Assembly: GCA_046563655.1 (NCBI GenBank)
Contig: CM102289.1
Coordinates: 7,502,001-7,566,000, forward strand
Direction of reading: 5' to 3'
From: Yuukianura sp. NJ FZ-2021
Taxonomy: Eukaryota
DNA length: 64,000 nt
Below, one piece after another: positions 63,990 through 64,000 of the stretch; position 1 is the first letter of the stretch; each line of letters starts with the position of its first letter. A program made the position numbers and the translations under genes. The notes below the pieces were generated by a model, which saw only the letters and a list, made by a program, of their open reading frames with translations, was not told the DNA's origin and did no database searches.

Positions 63990-64000
63990 TTTCTGCTAGT

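Overview
AT-rich, gene-dense animal DNA with many short GT-AG introns. Gene content suggests an arthropod, most plausibly a springtail (Collembola); this is inference only. The ORF track splits or misses most genes, so exons were joined by hand. In order, the genes are: MACPF protein, secreted EF-hand protein, HTATIP2/TIP30-like reductase, C2H2 zinc finger, bacillopeptidase-F-like S8 subtilase, a lamin-type intermediate-filament protein with a repetitive tail and no LTD/CaaX, two tetraspanins, a Gly/Tyr-rich peptide, an SLC35G/EamA transporter interrupted by a Tc1/mariner element, USF, a CUT-less Onecut-type homeobox, SMYD (plus a decayed 5' duplicate), an 8-Cys secreted protein, a BTB-BED protein, a Pro-rich secreted protein, EFHB, an orphan gene, a His/Gly-rich protein, four secreted PHB-depolymerase-like genes plus one fragment (with a CLIP protease inside the array), and a GMC oxidoreductase. 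Several MITEs and a DINE-1/HINE-like element are present. The best candidates for new biology are the diversifying PHB-depolymerase array, the putative cytoplasmic intermediate filament and the homeodomain-only Onecut derivative.
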